64,000 nucleotides of DNA from assembly GCF_009914755.1 (NCBI RefSeq), contig NC_060938.1. The stretch is one strand, 5' to 3'. A model generated the notes under the pieces. That model saw only the letters and a list, made by a program, of their open reading frames with translations, was not told the DNA's origin and searched no databases. Shown here in pieces: positions 1 to 13,373 of this stretch (position 1 is the stretch's first letter; each line of letters begins with the position of its first letter). Made by a program: the position numbers and the translations under genes. This DNA is from the human T2T-CHM13v2.0 reference genome, Homo sapiens.

Positions 1-779
1 CTTTTGGTCAGCTCCTTTCTGTGGTTAGAAACTTTCAGTTCAAAACAGTCACACCACAGCTTTTTTTATTGTCCTCTTTTTCCATTTTATTTCTACTGAC
101 TATAATCTTAAGGCATTAGACTCCGTTGCTTGCCTTCCCGTTGTTAATGTCCACTAGAATCGGTCAAGTTTCTCACTTTCCCATAAATAGGGACATAACA
201 GGAATCTGGTTTAGTTTCGCTTTCTCTTTTCTCCTCTCTTCAGAATCAGAGTCAATAGTCAGCAGTTTGCACTAACATAAATCTTGTTATTGTTTATACC
301 AACTCCCCCTTTCTAATGCTATTAGAACCACGGTGGACATAGACCCCAGAGATTTGCTCATCTTAAAGCTCTAAAACTGCACCACTTTTATGACAACAGT
401 AAAACCTTGAGCTGTCACTTCACCCCTACGACTGTTATTCACCGTGATTACTGGCATTTCTTTCTTGCTCATTCCCTCCTGCTCCCATCCCCCATTTGAT
501 TGTCTGAAAAAAAATGTTTGGAACAAATAAGGTAACAGAGGAATGACTAGCAATTCTTAGTCGAGCTTTGTAAAACTCCAGGGCTTCCTGTATGGAATCT
601 CTGTTCTGTTTGTGATATATCCATGTACACTTCCCCCTTCCGGAAAACTCATCCCATTATTCTGGTGGGTTTTAATGTGGCTCTGGAAGTGAGAGGGATA
701 AAGAAAAGCATGGCCGCCTTCTTCCTAATGATGAAATGGCTGTGTCCGGCCAGGAGATTGCACTAACTGCATGACAATT

Positions 780-965
780 TGACCTCACAGACCTAGGTTC
801 AAGGCTGACCACCACTGCCGCCAGGTTATAAGTTTCGGTCAAGATAGTAGCTTCTCTGTCCTTCAGTTCTTCACTGAAAAAAAAGTCAGGTCTACCTCAC
901 GGAGCTGCGTTGAGGAGCAAATGAAATAATGTATGTAGAAGTGCATCATAGGCTTGTGAGAACAG
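780..965 (+). mobile_element. MIR fragment
   Basis: Degenerate MIR core (agacctaggttcaa...ctctgtccttcagttcttcactgaaaaaa...tacctcacggagctgcgttgaggagcaaatgaaataatgtatgt). Confidence 0.65.
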
Positions 966-1996
966 AGTAAATCTCCAAAATTAATAAGCTTATTGATTAA
1001 AAGAAAGGAGGGAAAATGCTTTGGATATTCAAAAGAACTAGAACTCACCTGCTCAGGCATTTAAAAGTTACAGTCAAATGGTCCTGTGGTCTTTGAATTT
1101 AAAGACTGATCTTTTAGAGCATACCTCTAAAAAATTGGAACTACTTATTATTTATTTTTAATTTTCAGTTTTCACTGTGTTGTAGAGTACGAAGGTGGTG
1201 TTATCCTCATTTTAGAAATGAGAAAAATGGTATAAAAATATGTAATTTGCCTCGGGACCCATATCAAAAGCTTTCTGACTTGACAGCCAAGATATTTGTC
1301 GCACAGCCTCCGGAGAAAGGGGAGGATTTATGTGGGAAGTCCATCCTGAGAAAGGTTACATTTCCTCTAATGTATGTTCATTTTGCATGAACACTTTGCT
1401 CTATCCCGGAAGTGTATTAATGGTGTCTTAATTTTTTTCTGTTGTTTCTCTATTAAAATAAATCTGTTTTTAAAATGTTCAGTGTAAAAATACATCGAGA
1501 AGCAGCATTCATAAACAGAGAAAATAGAGCAGAGAAACTTCCTAAGTGCCAAAGTCAGCCACACACCTTCAGATTGAAGCTCCCTTTTCCATTTCCTTTT
1601 TCTTCTCTACAAGTACAAGATGTGCAAAACATGAAGTTTAAAATGATGTTTATCTGAACACTGGGATGGTGACAGTAGTGTTAGAACTGATTCTTTCCAT
1701 TGAGTCATAGAAGAACTCCGTTAAAATCTACTGTCCTGCCTACCCAAAAGGATTTTTTTTTTAATGTTCACATTTAAAATTTCACTTGGAGCAATGCTTT
1801 GGCTCATTTTTTTAAACAAGTAAGTCTATATATAAACAAAATAACAATCTGCAGGATGAATGAGGTGAATAATCTGTAGACTAGACATGTCTGCGAATTT
1901 CTCCTCATTTTGGTCTCTGAAACTGTTGCAGAAATTACTCAGCCTAACTTCAGTTTCAGCCTAACTTCTGTTTCTCAACCAAACTGAAAAATGATT

Positions 1997-2100
1997 GACC
2001 TCAGAAGAATAATCCTGGATACTTCTGATTTACAAGTGGGCCACTTCCGACCTCAGAAGAATAATCCTGGATACTTCTGATTTACAAGTGGGCCACTTCC
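1997..2100. repeat. Perfect 52-bp tandem duplication
   Basis: GACCTCAGAAGAATAATCCTGGATACTTCTGATTTACAAGTGGGCCACTTCC occurs at 1997-2048 and 2049-2100 with no mismatch. Confidence 0.97.
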
Positions 2101-4811
2101 GAGAGTCAGTATATATGTAAGGTGTCTGAAATGTAGTATTTACTCTTTCCCTGACAGTGTTTTTAGGAATGCGGCTCAGTTCCCCAACTGGTCTGCAAAA
2201 ACTTCACTGACAGTGAATCAGGAGATCTAATTTTTTTTATTTAAAAATTTTTGTGGGTACGTGGTTGATGTACACCTTTAGGAGCTCTAATAATATTCCA
2301 AGAGCCACAAGCACTCCAGCATCTCACACATCTCTCTGCCTCAGTGGCATCAGCTTTAAAGGGAACAGACTCAGAGGACAACAACTCCTTCACAGAGCAG
2401 GTGGATCAATATTTTCGAGGTCCAGTGACTCTGTTATTATGTTTGTTAGATAAAGTATTCCTCTGAATGGGTCACTTTCCATTATGACTAAGAAATGAAG
2501 AAATGGTGCCCAGGAACCAGGGGTTTGGGGTTTGCTTCCTCTGATAACTTTTTCTGCATGTAAATTGTTAAGTATTTATTTCTTGGAGAATCACTGTTGG
2601 GATGCCTAATCACCATGATCACAGGGCACGGGGATACATGTGAATATGTTGGAAGATGGATTTGCACAAAAGAAGAGTTTCTGAGATTTAGTCTCTCATG
2701 AGCAGTTCTCATTTTCAAAACAGAAATAATGTCCTAGGACTTTAAAATGGCCTTTATTGGGCTGTTTGTAAGCCAAATCACCTAAAAATCCCTCAAGTTT
2801 GACTTGGGAAACAAACTTTAATCTTTTATTTTGGATTGAGAAAAAATATATCATTTAGTGTCTTATAGAAACTTCTTTGCATTTAAATAAAGGAAAACAT
2901 ATTCACAATTTAACTTAGACGTTATGAAGATTTACTTTCAGCAGATGGTTCCTAAAAGAGGATGAATTAAAATTTACTGGTCTCCAAATGGATATGTAAA
3001 GTTAAACACTGGTTTTACATAACCTTTTAGTTAAAAAGTAAAACTTGAAGGTTTAGTCCAAATATCTGAATGGAAATAAAGCCTTACACTCAAACCCAAC
3101 ACCCTCTCTTTATCAAGGACCACGGATATGGTGTAAAGTCCTTAAACCAAAAAGGAAATTGATCCCTATGGCAAAAACAGCAGAATAAGTGAATCCTATT
3201 ATTAGATGATTATCCTATGCAAGATTTGGAATATATGCCATTATATTTACATTATCGTTCCTTTTAGCCTGCCAGCATGCCCGAGCTGGCTTCCTGTCAG
3301 TCTCTGGGATGACTTCCTAGGGGCTGGGGGAGGTGGGGCACATGGCCACGTATGAAGTAGTCTTATCCCAACATTCGGATCTTTGTGTTTCAGAGTATTA
3401 ACCAGATTACAGGTCATAATCTGTAAAAGCTCCCCTGCTAGTGCCCTGTTTGACTTCTTTCCAGATGAAATCTCTTCAAACAAATCCTGGATCACAATGA
3501 TACCCTGTTTTGTGCTTGAAGCCAAAGAGAAAAAAAAAATATGTGCATATAGAACGACAAGTATCCGCCAAGGGTAAAGAGCTAGATTGATGAGGTTCTG
3601 CATCATCTCTGGAAAAAAAATTGTTCCTGTAAAAGAAGCCAATTGCAACATTTAGGATGAAGTAATTCATCTGGTGATTCTTCTTCCGTTTGAACTTTTC
3701 ATTTCCTTGGGCTTTTTTAATGGATGCCCAGTTTGAATGTGTCTAGATAAGGACATGACTTATTTATTGGCACTAAGAGCTTTTTATAAATTGAATATGA
3801 TTTATGGATTTTTAATATTCCCTCTAATTGTTTCTTTACATGAGTTACCACTTTTTTTAAGAGCCAAATTTCATTTGCTTTATGACAGCACATGAGTGAA
3901 TAAGAAAATTTGGGTTTAAATAAAAAGTTATCCCACTTGGCAACCCAAATCTATTGTCTAACTCATAAAACACTACTGATGGGGATACCCTATTATTTTT
4001 AAGGGGTTCATGAAATGGACAGAATTCAACTGTCCTCGTTCTCTGCATGCAGACAGGATATTTATGGGAAAGTATCTAAAAAAAATAGCTTCCATTCTCA
4101 TTGGAGAGGTCTGGGGTAAAGCTGCTGTAATCAAGCTTGCTTGTTAAATGCCCTCAATTTTTCAGAAGCAATTTTCTGTATCTTTTACTAAGTTTTTTTT
4201 TTTTTTTTCCCAGAGATATACTTTGTAACTCAATCAATGTTTACTAGCATTCTTTCGCGGCTTGGAACTTGCTTCTAACATCATTTAGTAGCTTGTAACT
4301 TGCTTCTAGATCAAATAATCTGTTAACATCATTAGAATAATTCCAAGGAGACTAGCCTGCAAAAGAGGCCATTGGTCTCTAGACGAATGTCCTTTAGACT
4401 GGAAAGTATTCTCTTCCTTCCCAGTACATCCCTTAGCTGAACACCACACATGCCCACACCGGGATGCCAGTCTGCATGTTATCGTCGTCTACTTCAACCC
4501 TTCCTGGTCCATACCTCCTATGTTACTACGTTCCTATCAGTAAGCAAATTCCAAAGATCTTAATCACCTTCAGGTAGAGCTTTGGGCTTCCTCTAGCTCT
4601 GATCAGTGTGGCACTGAAGCCAACAAGCAACATAAGACAAAGCAAAGTGAAGAAGCTGCCACCCCAGGAGAAGAGTTTCCCCTTCTTCTCCATTAAGTTG
4701 CCAAGGTGTTTCCTTTGCTGGGACCTGCCCAAATCTCCAGGCCCTAGACCATTTCCCCAAACTACAGCCCATGCCTCTGCAGACTGTTCCTTGTGTCCTA
4801 CTCTGTTCTCT

Positions 4812-5112
4812 GGCCAGGTACGGTGGGAGGCCAAGGCGGGTAAATCACGAGGTCAGGAGTTTAAGATCAGCCTGATGAAACCCCGTCTCTACTAAAAACT
4901 ACAAAAATTTGCCAGGCATGGTGGCAGGCTCCTGTAATCCCAGCAACTCTGGAGGCTGAGGTGGGAGAATTGCTTGAACCCAGGTGGCGGAGGCTGCAGT
5001 GAGCCGCGAGAATCGCTTGAACCAGGGTGGTGGAGGTTGCAGCGAGCCGAGATGGCACTACTGCACTCCAGCCTGGGTGACAGAGTGAGACTCTGTCTCC
5101 AAAAAAAAAAAA
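4812..5112 (+). mobile_element. AluS-type element, rearranged
   Basis: Alu dimer with A-rich linker and poly(A). Left-arm deletions and an internal ~43-bp duplication in the right arm. Confidence 0.93.
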
Positions 5113-5139
5113 GTCTTTTCTCACTCCATCTAAATTTCA

Positions 5140-5545
5140 CTTTTTATTAATACTTTTCATGAAGTGTGATTTACACATATAATACAATTCACTCACTCGA
5201 GGTATATAATTTAATACATTTTCATAATTATATGCAGTCATGAAACCACCTCCCCAATCAAGAGATGGAACAATCCCATTCCTTTAAAATGTTCCCTTGT
5301 GCCTCTTTATGGTGGATGCCTTCTCCTGACTCCCAGATCCAAGTAACCAGTGACCTGCTTTCTCTCATTGTAATTTTGACCTTCCCAGAATTTCATATAG
5401 GACTCATACTTTATGTACTCTATTGTGTTTGGATTATTTTACTTAGCCTGCTTTTTTTAGATTCATCAGTATAGTTGTTTCTCTTGTTTTTTGCTCAGTA
5501 TATATCACAATATATTTATCTATTGACTCGCTGACAAGAGTCATG
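5140..5545 (-). mobile_element. Old L1 (L1M-type) 3' end fragment
   Basis: Typical reverse L1M 3' UTR wording (aaccacctccccaatcaagagatggaacaatcccatt...gtttggattattttacttagcctg). Confidence 0.65.
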
Positions 5546-6196
5546 TTGATTTTGCTCCACATATTCCATTTCCTCCGACACTGGTTTGAAAGTGAATTCC
5601 TTGAGTTTCAAAATGTCTGATCCCAAAACTGAGCTAATTAAACACATCTGTATTGAAATGTAACAGAAAACATCCAGAGAAGCGGAAGGATCCATGGGGT
5701 CCTCAAAAAGGAAGGATATTTTCTTGTACTGATGCTCTTTGGAAGATTAATTATTCACGTGTGGGAAATTCATGCCACATTGGAGAGGTGTAGTTTATTC
5801 AACATTGGAAAGAACAAAGGCACAGCATGGTCGTTTGTCTCCTCTGCGGTCTCCCTTGATTCTGGTATCTTTTAAAGGTAAACTTAATTTTTCCCTCCTA
5901 CCTTATCTGCCAGCGTTCCTGAGCCTTGTATCTAGTAGAAGTCTGTTTCTCCTAACGGCCACTTAGATTACAGGTAAAATGTAGTCAGGAATTTCTGCAG
6001 TTATTTAAATATGTAAGTCCCACTACAGTTCCTTCACATACGCCCTTGAGTGTTTAGTTTGTTTTCTATCTACCTCAATGCTGACATTTAAAAATCTGAT
6101 GATCAATTATTTGAAAAGAATTCTTGTTTGAACTTACAGGTCACTTTGTTTAAAAAAAAACTACTCGATCTGAGTTGCTATAGTCATGACGTCTGC

Positions 6197-6350
6197 AGTG
6201 GTTTTCAAGTTGTAGTATGCATAAAATCACCAGAAGTAGCTTGTCAAATGTGAGGGCCCTGAGCCTCACCTTTACAGATTCTGATGAGATATAAGGGTTA
6301 TAGCATAAGAATATGCATTTTGTAAGCACCACAGGTAATCCGAAGTGACT
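6197..6350. mobile_element. MER5-type hAT MITE
   Basis: cagtggttttcaa...gcataaaatcacc...agattctga...atgcatttt...aagcaccacaggtaatcc. Confidence 0.65.
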
Positions 6351-6439
6351 GATATATAGTTTTCACATTAAGAAGCCCTCAAATGCAAAAGATTTGATAC
6401 AAAACGCTGGTAAAACTTATTATTTGGCCAGCTACATAC

Positions 6440-7050
6440 ATTAGTAAGGACTTTTTCACTTGAAAGTGACAGGTATCCAAATCAAACTGGTTTAAACAAA
6501 AACGGACATATATTGACTCATATAACTGGAAAGTATGGGGGTAGAACTGGCTTCAATAAAATATAACCATCTGCTAGCTTTTGGAGGATGTCATCAGGTC
6601 TTGATTTCTCTGTCTATCTTCTGGATTTGTTTTCCTCTATGTTGCTTCTTTTAGGCAGACTCCAAGAGGTGGCAAGACAGCCACCAGTGGTTCTATGTTT
6701 TTATAACATCTTCTCAGGACTTCATTGGAAAGACAACACTCCTACTACTGAGTTCCCATTGGACTAAATTGTATCACACCCCAATCCCAAAGACAATTTC
6801 CACGGCCAGTGGGTAGAATACTCTGAATGGCCAGGCCAGAGTCAAACTCCTCCTCCTCCAGCCCCCAGATGAGTGAGTATGTATGTAAGTGTGTGTGAGC
6901 ATATGTTTGTGTGGTTTGGGAGGTGTGGGGAATGGATGGTTCCAATGAATTGGAACACATCCCATGAATTGACTATGGAGTAGGGGTGATTCCACCCTCC
7001 TAACAAAAAAGTCAATATGTTGGCCATGGAAAACAGCCCAAGTCTACTAC
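6440..7050. mobile_element. MaLR LTR (MLT1J/K-like)
   Basis: gaaagtgacagg...aactggtttaaacaaaaa...tattgactcatataactggaaag and cattggactaaattgtatcacaccccaatccc...ccaatt-type motifs resemble old MLT1 LTRs. Confidence 0.65.
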
Positions 7051-7763
7051 ATTACACATTTCACATAAATAAATGTTAGTAAATTACTGTTTCCCTCCAA
7101 CTAGCTATTCATGGACAATCTTAGATTTCTACCTCCTAGTGACAGAGCAGTAAAGTAACTTGTTCTATATATGGCTTAGGCATACATGCTTAATAAATAC
7201 ATTTTAATCTTGATAATTAGCATTGTTATGACCAAGTAGCTTTTGGAGAGCTTAGCTATTCAAGAATGGATGGAGGACCCCAAACAAAACTGTTTCTGAG
7301 AATTAGAGCCTGTTGGATGGTTAGGATTACATTTTGTTGACTTGCGCTTTGAAATTCATGACTTAAACTGACACCACTAGCTGTGATGATGGAGTGATGA
7401 ATTATCTTTAAGAAAAAAATATCTGCTAAAACCTCATCAATGAGAGGTAAGAGATAAAGGAGGAGGAATTAAAAAAAAATGAATAGCAGAAATAATTGAT
7501 AGAACCCAAGTAAAGGAGATGACGTCTAAAAGCTGTGTGTACTAATTAAGCCATGACTATGAAAGTGAGATGATTCTGTGTACATAAATGTGGGCAGGTA
7601 AGAGGAGGGGGTGATGGAAATGAGAAATCAAAACCTTGCTTTCCATTAGAAAGACCAGACCTGGTATTCCTATAGGCACGAGACCTACAAATGTAAATCG
7701 GTTTTATCAGTAACATTACCATGTGGAATAACTTCATAAAGTCTCATCTAGGAAGACGTTTAA

Positions 7764-7891
7764 CCAATTTATGCTGCAAGTTGTGAAAATTTGTGTGAAA
7801 AATCAGACCTTGGCTGTGACCTTGAAGAGTAGGATATAAATAACTCCTACAAGCTTAGCGTTCCAATAATGGAACACTAAACATAAATGGC
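7764..7891. mobile_element. MER85 piggyBac-family MITE
   Basis: TTAA target duplications at 7760-7763 and 7892-7895. Degenerate TIRs (CCAATTTATGC...ACATAAATGGC). Internal aatcagaccttggc..tgaccttga..agtaggatataaataactcc and the 16-bp imperfect palindrome GTTCCAATAATGGAAC at 7860-7875. Confidence 0.92.
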
Positions 7892-9044
7892 TTAAGGCTA
7901 GGGTGAGCAGTACAGGAGAAAAAAACCTAAACAGTTGTGTTAAAGACTGGCAGGAGATAGAGAGCTAATGACTCTTGATGTCAGTTTTCTATTATTCCAA
8001 ACCAAATGTGTCTCCTTTGTGAATTATTTCTAAGCAATGACAATTCAAGGTTCGGTTGAATATTGAACATGTGGGGCCCTCTTCCAGGCCTGCAGGCTGA
8101 TATAGGTTTCACAGGACCAGTGTATATATATGGCTTGTGACTCAGCAGATTCAGGAAGTAGTAACAGACAGTTTTTTGCTTATAACTCATTACCAATGCC
8201 TCTGATGACCTAAAATTTTAAACCAAAATGTCTGAAAGTGACGATCTTCAGCTCAGAATAAATAGGACTCAAAATAACTTGATTTCTTGGTTCAAAATTT
8301 GAAAGTTCAAGATATATGGTTAAAATTTGGTGGTGATATTCAAAAAAATTTTCCCAGGGGAATGTATTATTCTGTCAGGATTGCATGTGTTTAAAAAATA
8401 CACAGTATTTTTAAAAATTGTATAATTATATATAAATGTATATTTAAAAAGTTTCCCCAGTGGATACTACATGGTATTATTGTGGATACTTATGTTTTGT
8501 TTCTTGGTACTTTTTCTTAGATGAATTGACCATGTATCCCATTTGGAAAAAGCAAGTTCAGTAAAACTATAGTAAATTAGACACCAAGAAAAAGACAAAA
8601 GACACGAATGTGACTCTAAGTGATGTTAAGGTCTAGATACAGGATGACATCAGCATGTTGGCAAGAAAGGGAGATACGCAGCAAGGCGAGACTGTCTGAT
8701 GTCCTGCCTGGGGTGGAACAAATGAAGGCAAATACAAAGCTACAGCAATAAATACAACTGTCTAAAACGTGCCCATCATGGTTATTAGTACATTTATTTT
8801 CTGATGCAGAGGGGCCTATTTAATATACACAATTCATATTTCACCTTTCTCTTTTTCCTCTTACGCTTTCGTCTGTGTCAGCCCTGCTCTTGCTCTGACC
8901 TTCCACCCATTCCAGGAGGATTCATCTGACACTTGTGTTCTGTAAAAACCTCCTCTCTTTCAGGGCTCCTTTCTCCTCTACTTAACTGAAAGTTAGCTTT
9001 TACTTGACCATGAAACCTTCCTTATTACTCGCTCAATGGCTTCA

Positions 9045-9565
9045 TTTACAGATAACGGGTTTTGGGTTTCTCCAAGATAGCAGGTCTGCAACAAGGGCTT
9101 GCATTCTGATAGGATATTTTAGGAAGCAATCCAGAGCACAGGGTGGGGAATTGGAATAGTGACTCAGGTAGGAGGGAAAGCCAATACAAAGATGTGTTAT
9201 CAAACTGATCACTGTGATGGACAGCTGAAGTGCAATCCATCTAGGATGCTCTGAGGAACCTTAAAGAAACCATCTCCATTGTTTGCCTAAGGGATGGAAG
9301 AGGGGAGTGCTTATCCACCAGCTAAGTGTTGGTCAAGTGTTGTTCCAATCAGTCTTAACTCCTGGTTTTTAGATCACCCATAAGTGAGTGCCACATCAGT
9401 GCATCAACAGAAAAGCTCTGGAACAGAAGACAAGAGCTGAGTGGTGTAGTTGAGCTGAGATGCTGTCTGCTTACACTTATTTGAAGCTGGTTGCTGCAGC
9501 AATTCCTGCAGTAAGCAGTGGCTCGAGAGGATATGAAGAGAGGCACATGAAGTGTCCTATACAAA
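9045..9565. mobile_element. ERVL-class solo LTR (LTR33-like)
   Basis: gggtttctccaa...caagggcttgc...ggagggaaagccaatacaaagatgtgttatcaa...tcactgtgatggacagctg resembles old ERVL LTRs. Subfamily is uncertain. Confidence 0.55.
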
Positions 9566-9889
9566 AGGCAACTGATCCCCTGTAACAATTGTTACCCAGT
9601 CAACAATCGTCTTCTGGAATCCATGACAGCTCCCTAAACCACTCTCTCCCTCACCTCAGCTTCCAAGATGCTGCTCCAACTTCCTCAATTATGGTGGCAC
9701 TAAAGCCTCCACCTTTCTCTATAACCTGGGCTCTGTCACTATTTTTTATGGCTTCAGTACACACAGTGATGACCATGTAACTCACTGGCATCACAATTTC
9801 TCATCTTCTTAGTCATCTACCAACTTCAGTGACTCTCGGCACAGCCATACCTGTGGTAACAGAATCACCCAGGGCTTCTGTACTTATGA

Positions 9890-10226
<337 letters not shown>

Positions 10227-10249
10227 CCGAACACAGGAATTTATAGTGA

Positions 10250-11560
10250 TTATTTTGGTACACAACATTTTCCTTCCTTGTCCCCTCTACTCTTCTCCTT
10301 GTTCTGTTGTGCCCTCTGGTGCTTCCCTTCTTCCCAGCCCACGTCCTAGCAACTCTGTTTTGATTTGCTTTCATACCTAGCTTGGACTTCTTGAAATGAA
10401 CAACCATGTCAATAATATATAGATATTACCTTAAAATCCTACACCACTTTTTCCTACTGTCTGCACTCTTAGTTCTGTGTCCTTGGTTATTATCAAGATG
10501 CTGGGGGAAATTCTCAAAACCATGATACCACACTCAGCTACAAATTCACACTCTTTCATCTCTGCTTACACACCAATCTTATTTATGTGTTTTTGAATCC
10601 CTGTACTAGTGGATTCCTTGCTTGCCTTTTCTGCATTCCCTAAACTTCAACCCGTAATCTTATGTACTCATTCTCAGTAGAAGCCCTTTATTTCTACTTC
10701 ACTGAAAAAAAAAGCAACATTATGACATAAGCCACCTCAACTTCTCTTATTTTCATCTCAAACTTTGTAGCCTTACCCAGACTCTCTTTGCGTCTGTCTC
10801 TGAGGGAAAATGAGCTTATTTCTCGTGGGGCAAATTCTAACCTTCAAGGCTGTGATATCAAATGAAATGCAACAGGTCTAATATGAGCTTGTTATTCAAC
10901 TATCTCTGTCGGCACGTTCACAGTCCTCTACGCTTTAAATGGCATTTCTCTTGGATGTGTCACCATCACGCTACACCAATCCATGGCCCCCCACAACGCA
11001 TCCGTGTATGGAAACAAATCATATTTTCCCTTCTGTGCCCTCCTGGAGGAGTCCTTTCATGCCCACCTGAATCAGAGCCCTGGCCTCCTTGCTGGTCTTC
11101 GAGATGCCGTCACATTCATTACCTCATATCATGTCTTTCATCAATCACTATGGCAGTGCTCAAGGATGCAACCTTATATAGTGTTCAGGACCTCTGTAAT
11201 CCAGCTCCCCACACACCACATGCGCCTTGCACGTCTCCATCGAGTAGGAGGAGTATGTTTCTTAGCACATGCTGTATCCATTACTTGGAACATTTCCGCC
11301 CTTCCTTTGGATCATCCACATTCTACTCATTCTCCACAAATTACATCAGTTTGTGTTCATCCTTCCCTTCTCCAAATGTAGATCATATATGTAGTCTGGA
11401 GTATATTAGACTATGCACTATTTTTATGATTCATTAATTCTTTGTTTTTGTGGCTTCTCTTTAATGAGGGAGTCTGCTCCTTAGGAGCAGAGACTTATCT
11501 TATGTATCTTTTATAGTCCCTACAATGGTGGCCACTTATTAAGCACTTACTATGAATATC
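10250..11560. mobile_element. Highly decayed L2 remnants
   Basis: Pyrimidine-rich L2-like passages (ttctacttcactgaaaaaa, tggatgtgtcacc, ccttaggagcagagacttatcttatgtatc). Boundaries are loose. Confidence 0.45.
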
Positions 11561-12110
11561 CTTTGACTTCATTTCAATGAGTCAGAGCTTTCTGTTTGAA
11601 AGAGGAACCTACACATGTGCAGCTGAATCTCAAATAGTATAAACCAGCACTTTGGAATTCATAATTGGAATGAATTGGCATGATGAAGATTATCTTCTTA
11701 TTTTTCACTGAATGTTGGTTGTGAATGACCGAGCTTGTGTGAGTCTTGGACCGTGGGGCTCATTCCTAAATTTACAGTCCCAGCTAAGCACAGTGCCTAA
11801 GTGTTCATTCAAAACTATGTCGATGATAAAATATCACAAATATAGCCTGTGTCTACACATCATAAATGCTCGAATTAAAACATGACAATATAACTATCTA
11901 AAAACATAAGATCTGACTTTTTAAAAAGTTTATAGAGCTGTTTGACAGCAATAATTTTGAAATTTGATTTAAATATTTGGATTTTTTATTAACAAGATAA
12001 AACAAGAATTTTACGGCTCGTATGCTTATGGATGTTTAAGAGTCATAAAAGCAGAAATAATTTAAGCAAACAACACTGCAAGTCTCTTTGCTTTTAAAAA
12101 GAAATTTGAG

Positions 12111-12275
12111 AGCCAGGTGTAGTGGCTTGCACCTGTAATCCCATCTACCCCAGAGGATGAGGTAGGAGGGTTACCTGTGTCCAGGACTTCAAGGCTGCAG
12201 TGAGCTATGATCAGGCCGCTGAACTCCAGCCTCAGTGACAGAGAAAGACCCCATCTCAAAAAATAAAATGAAACA
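12111..12275 (+). mobile_element. Old Alu monomer (FRAM/AluJ right arm)
   Basis: agccaggtgtagtggc...aaggctgcagtgagctatgatc...gaccccatctcaaaaaataaaa. Confidence 0.85.
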
Positions 12276-13064
12276 AATACAATGGAATTTGATAAACATT
12301 GATCTAGTCTAACCTCTAGCCCCATGCAGGACTCTTCTGTAACATCCACATCGTATTCCTCAACAATACTGCCCTCCATGACAGGAAGCTCAGCTCCTCT
12401 CAAAGGCACCAACTGTGTTTGGAGTCTGATTCCATTTTTTCAGGGAAATTGAATTTTACAGGAATCACACAAATTTAAATGCCTAGAGACCAGGCACACA
12501 TGAATTTAAATGCCTAGAGAAATGATGAAAGCAGGCCAGTGTAATACAGTAGGGAGTGGTGGGGGCTGTGGGGACCCATGGGTGCAGACCTGGCCTCGGG
12601 AGAGTGGGTGCTATGCTACCCCAGGGGCATGCTCCCAGGGGAATCAGGGACCCATGTCACCAGCACTTCTGTGACTCAAGAGAAGCTGAAAATCCAATGT
12701 TATGTGAAATCTTGGGATTTTTCAATGTGAGCAACTAATTAAAAGGTTAAATAAGATACTACGCGGAGGGTGGTAAATGAAACACATCTATGGACTAAAT
12801 CTGTTGTGTGGCCCTTTAGTTTTTATAACTAAGGATTTTAAATCCTGTCTTACAAACTCACCTCTGGAAAAAAATATACTAAACTCAATAAAAAATGTTA
12901 AATATCTAGGGCTATTTTTCTCTATACTTACCCCAGTCTTTTAATATTCCTTGAGTCTTTTGAAGCCTAATACAGTTAGGTTAAAAAATCAGTTACACAT
13001 ATCAATATTGAGAGACTCATGGTTTAACAGTTTCCTTAGCGCAAAGGATCAATTTCTTTTATGA

Positions 13065-13373
<309 letters not shown>

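Noticed and set aside
1997-2100. CRISPR-like or prokaryotic repeat system
   Set aside because: Two abutting copies with no spacers in primate DNA; a simple tandem duplication.
10862-11437. 191-aa ATG ORF and overlapping 132-aa ORF
   Set aside because: They lie in decayed L2-like sequence, have no recognisable homology and show no promoter or splice support.
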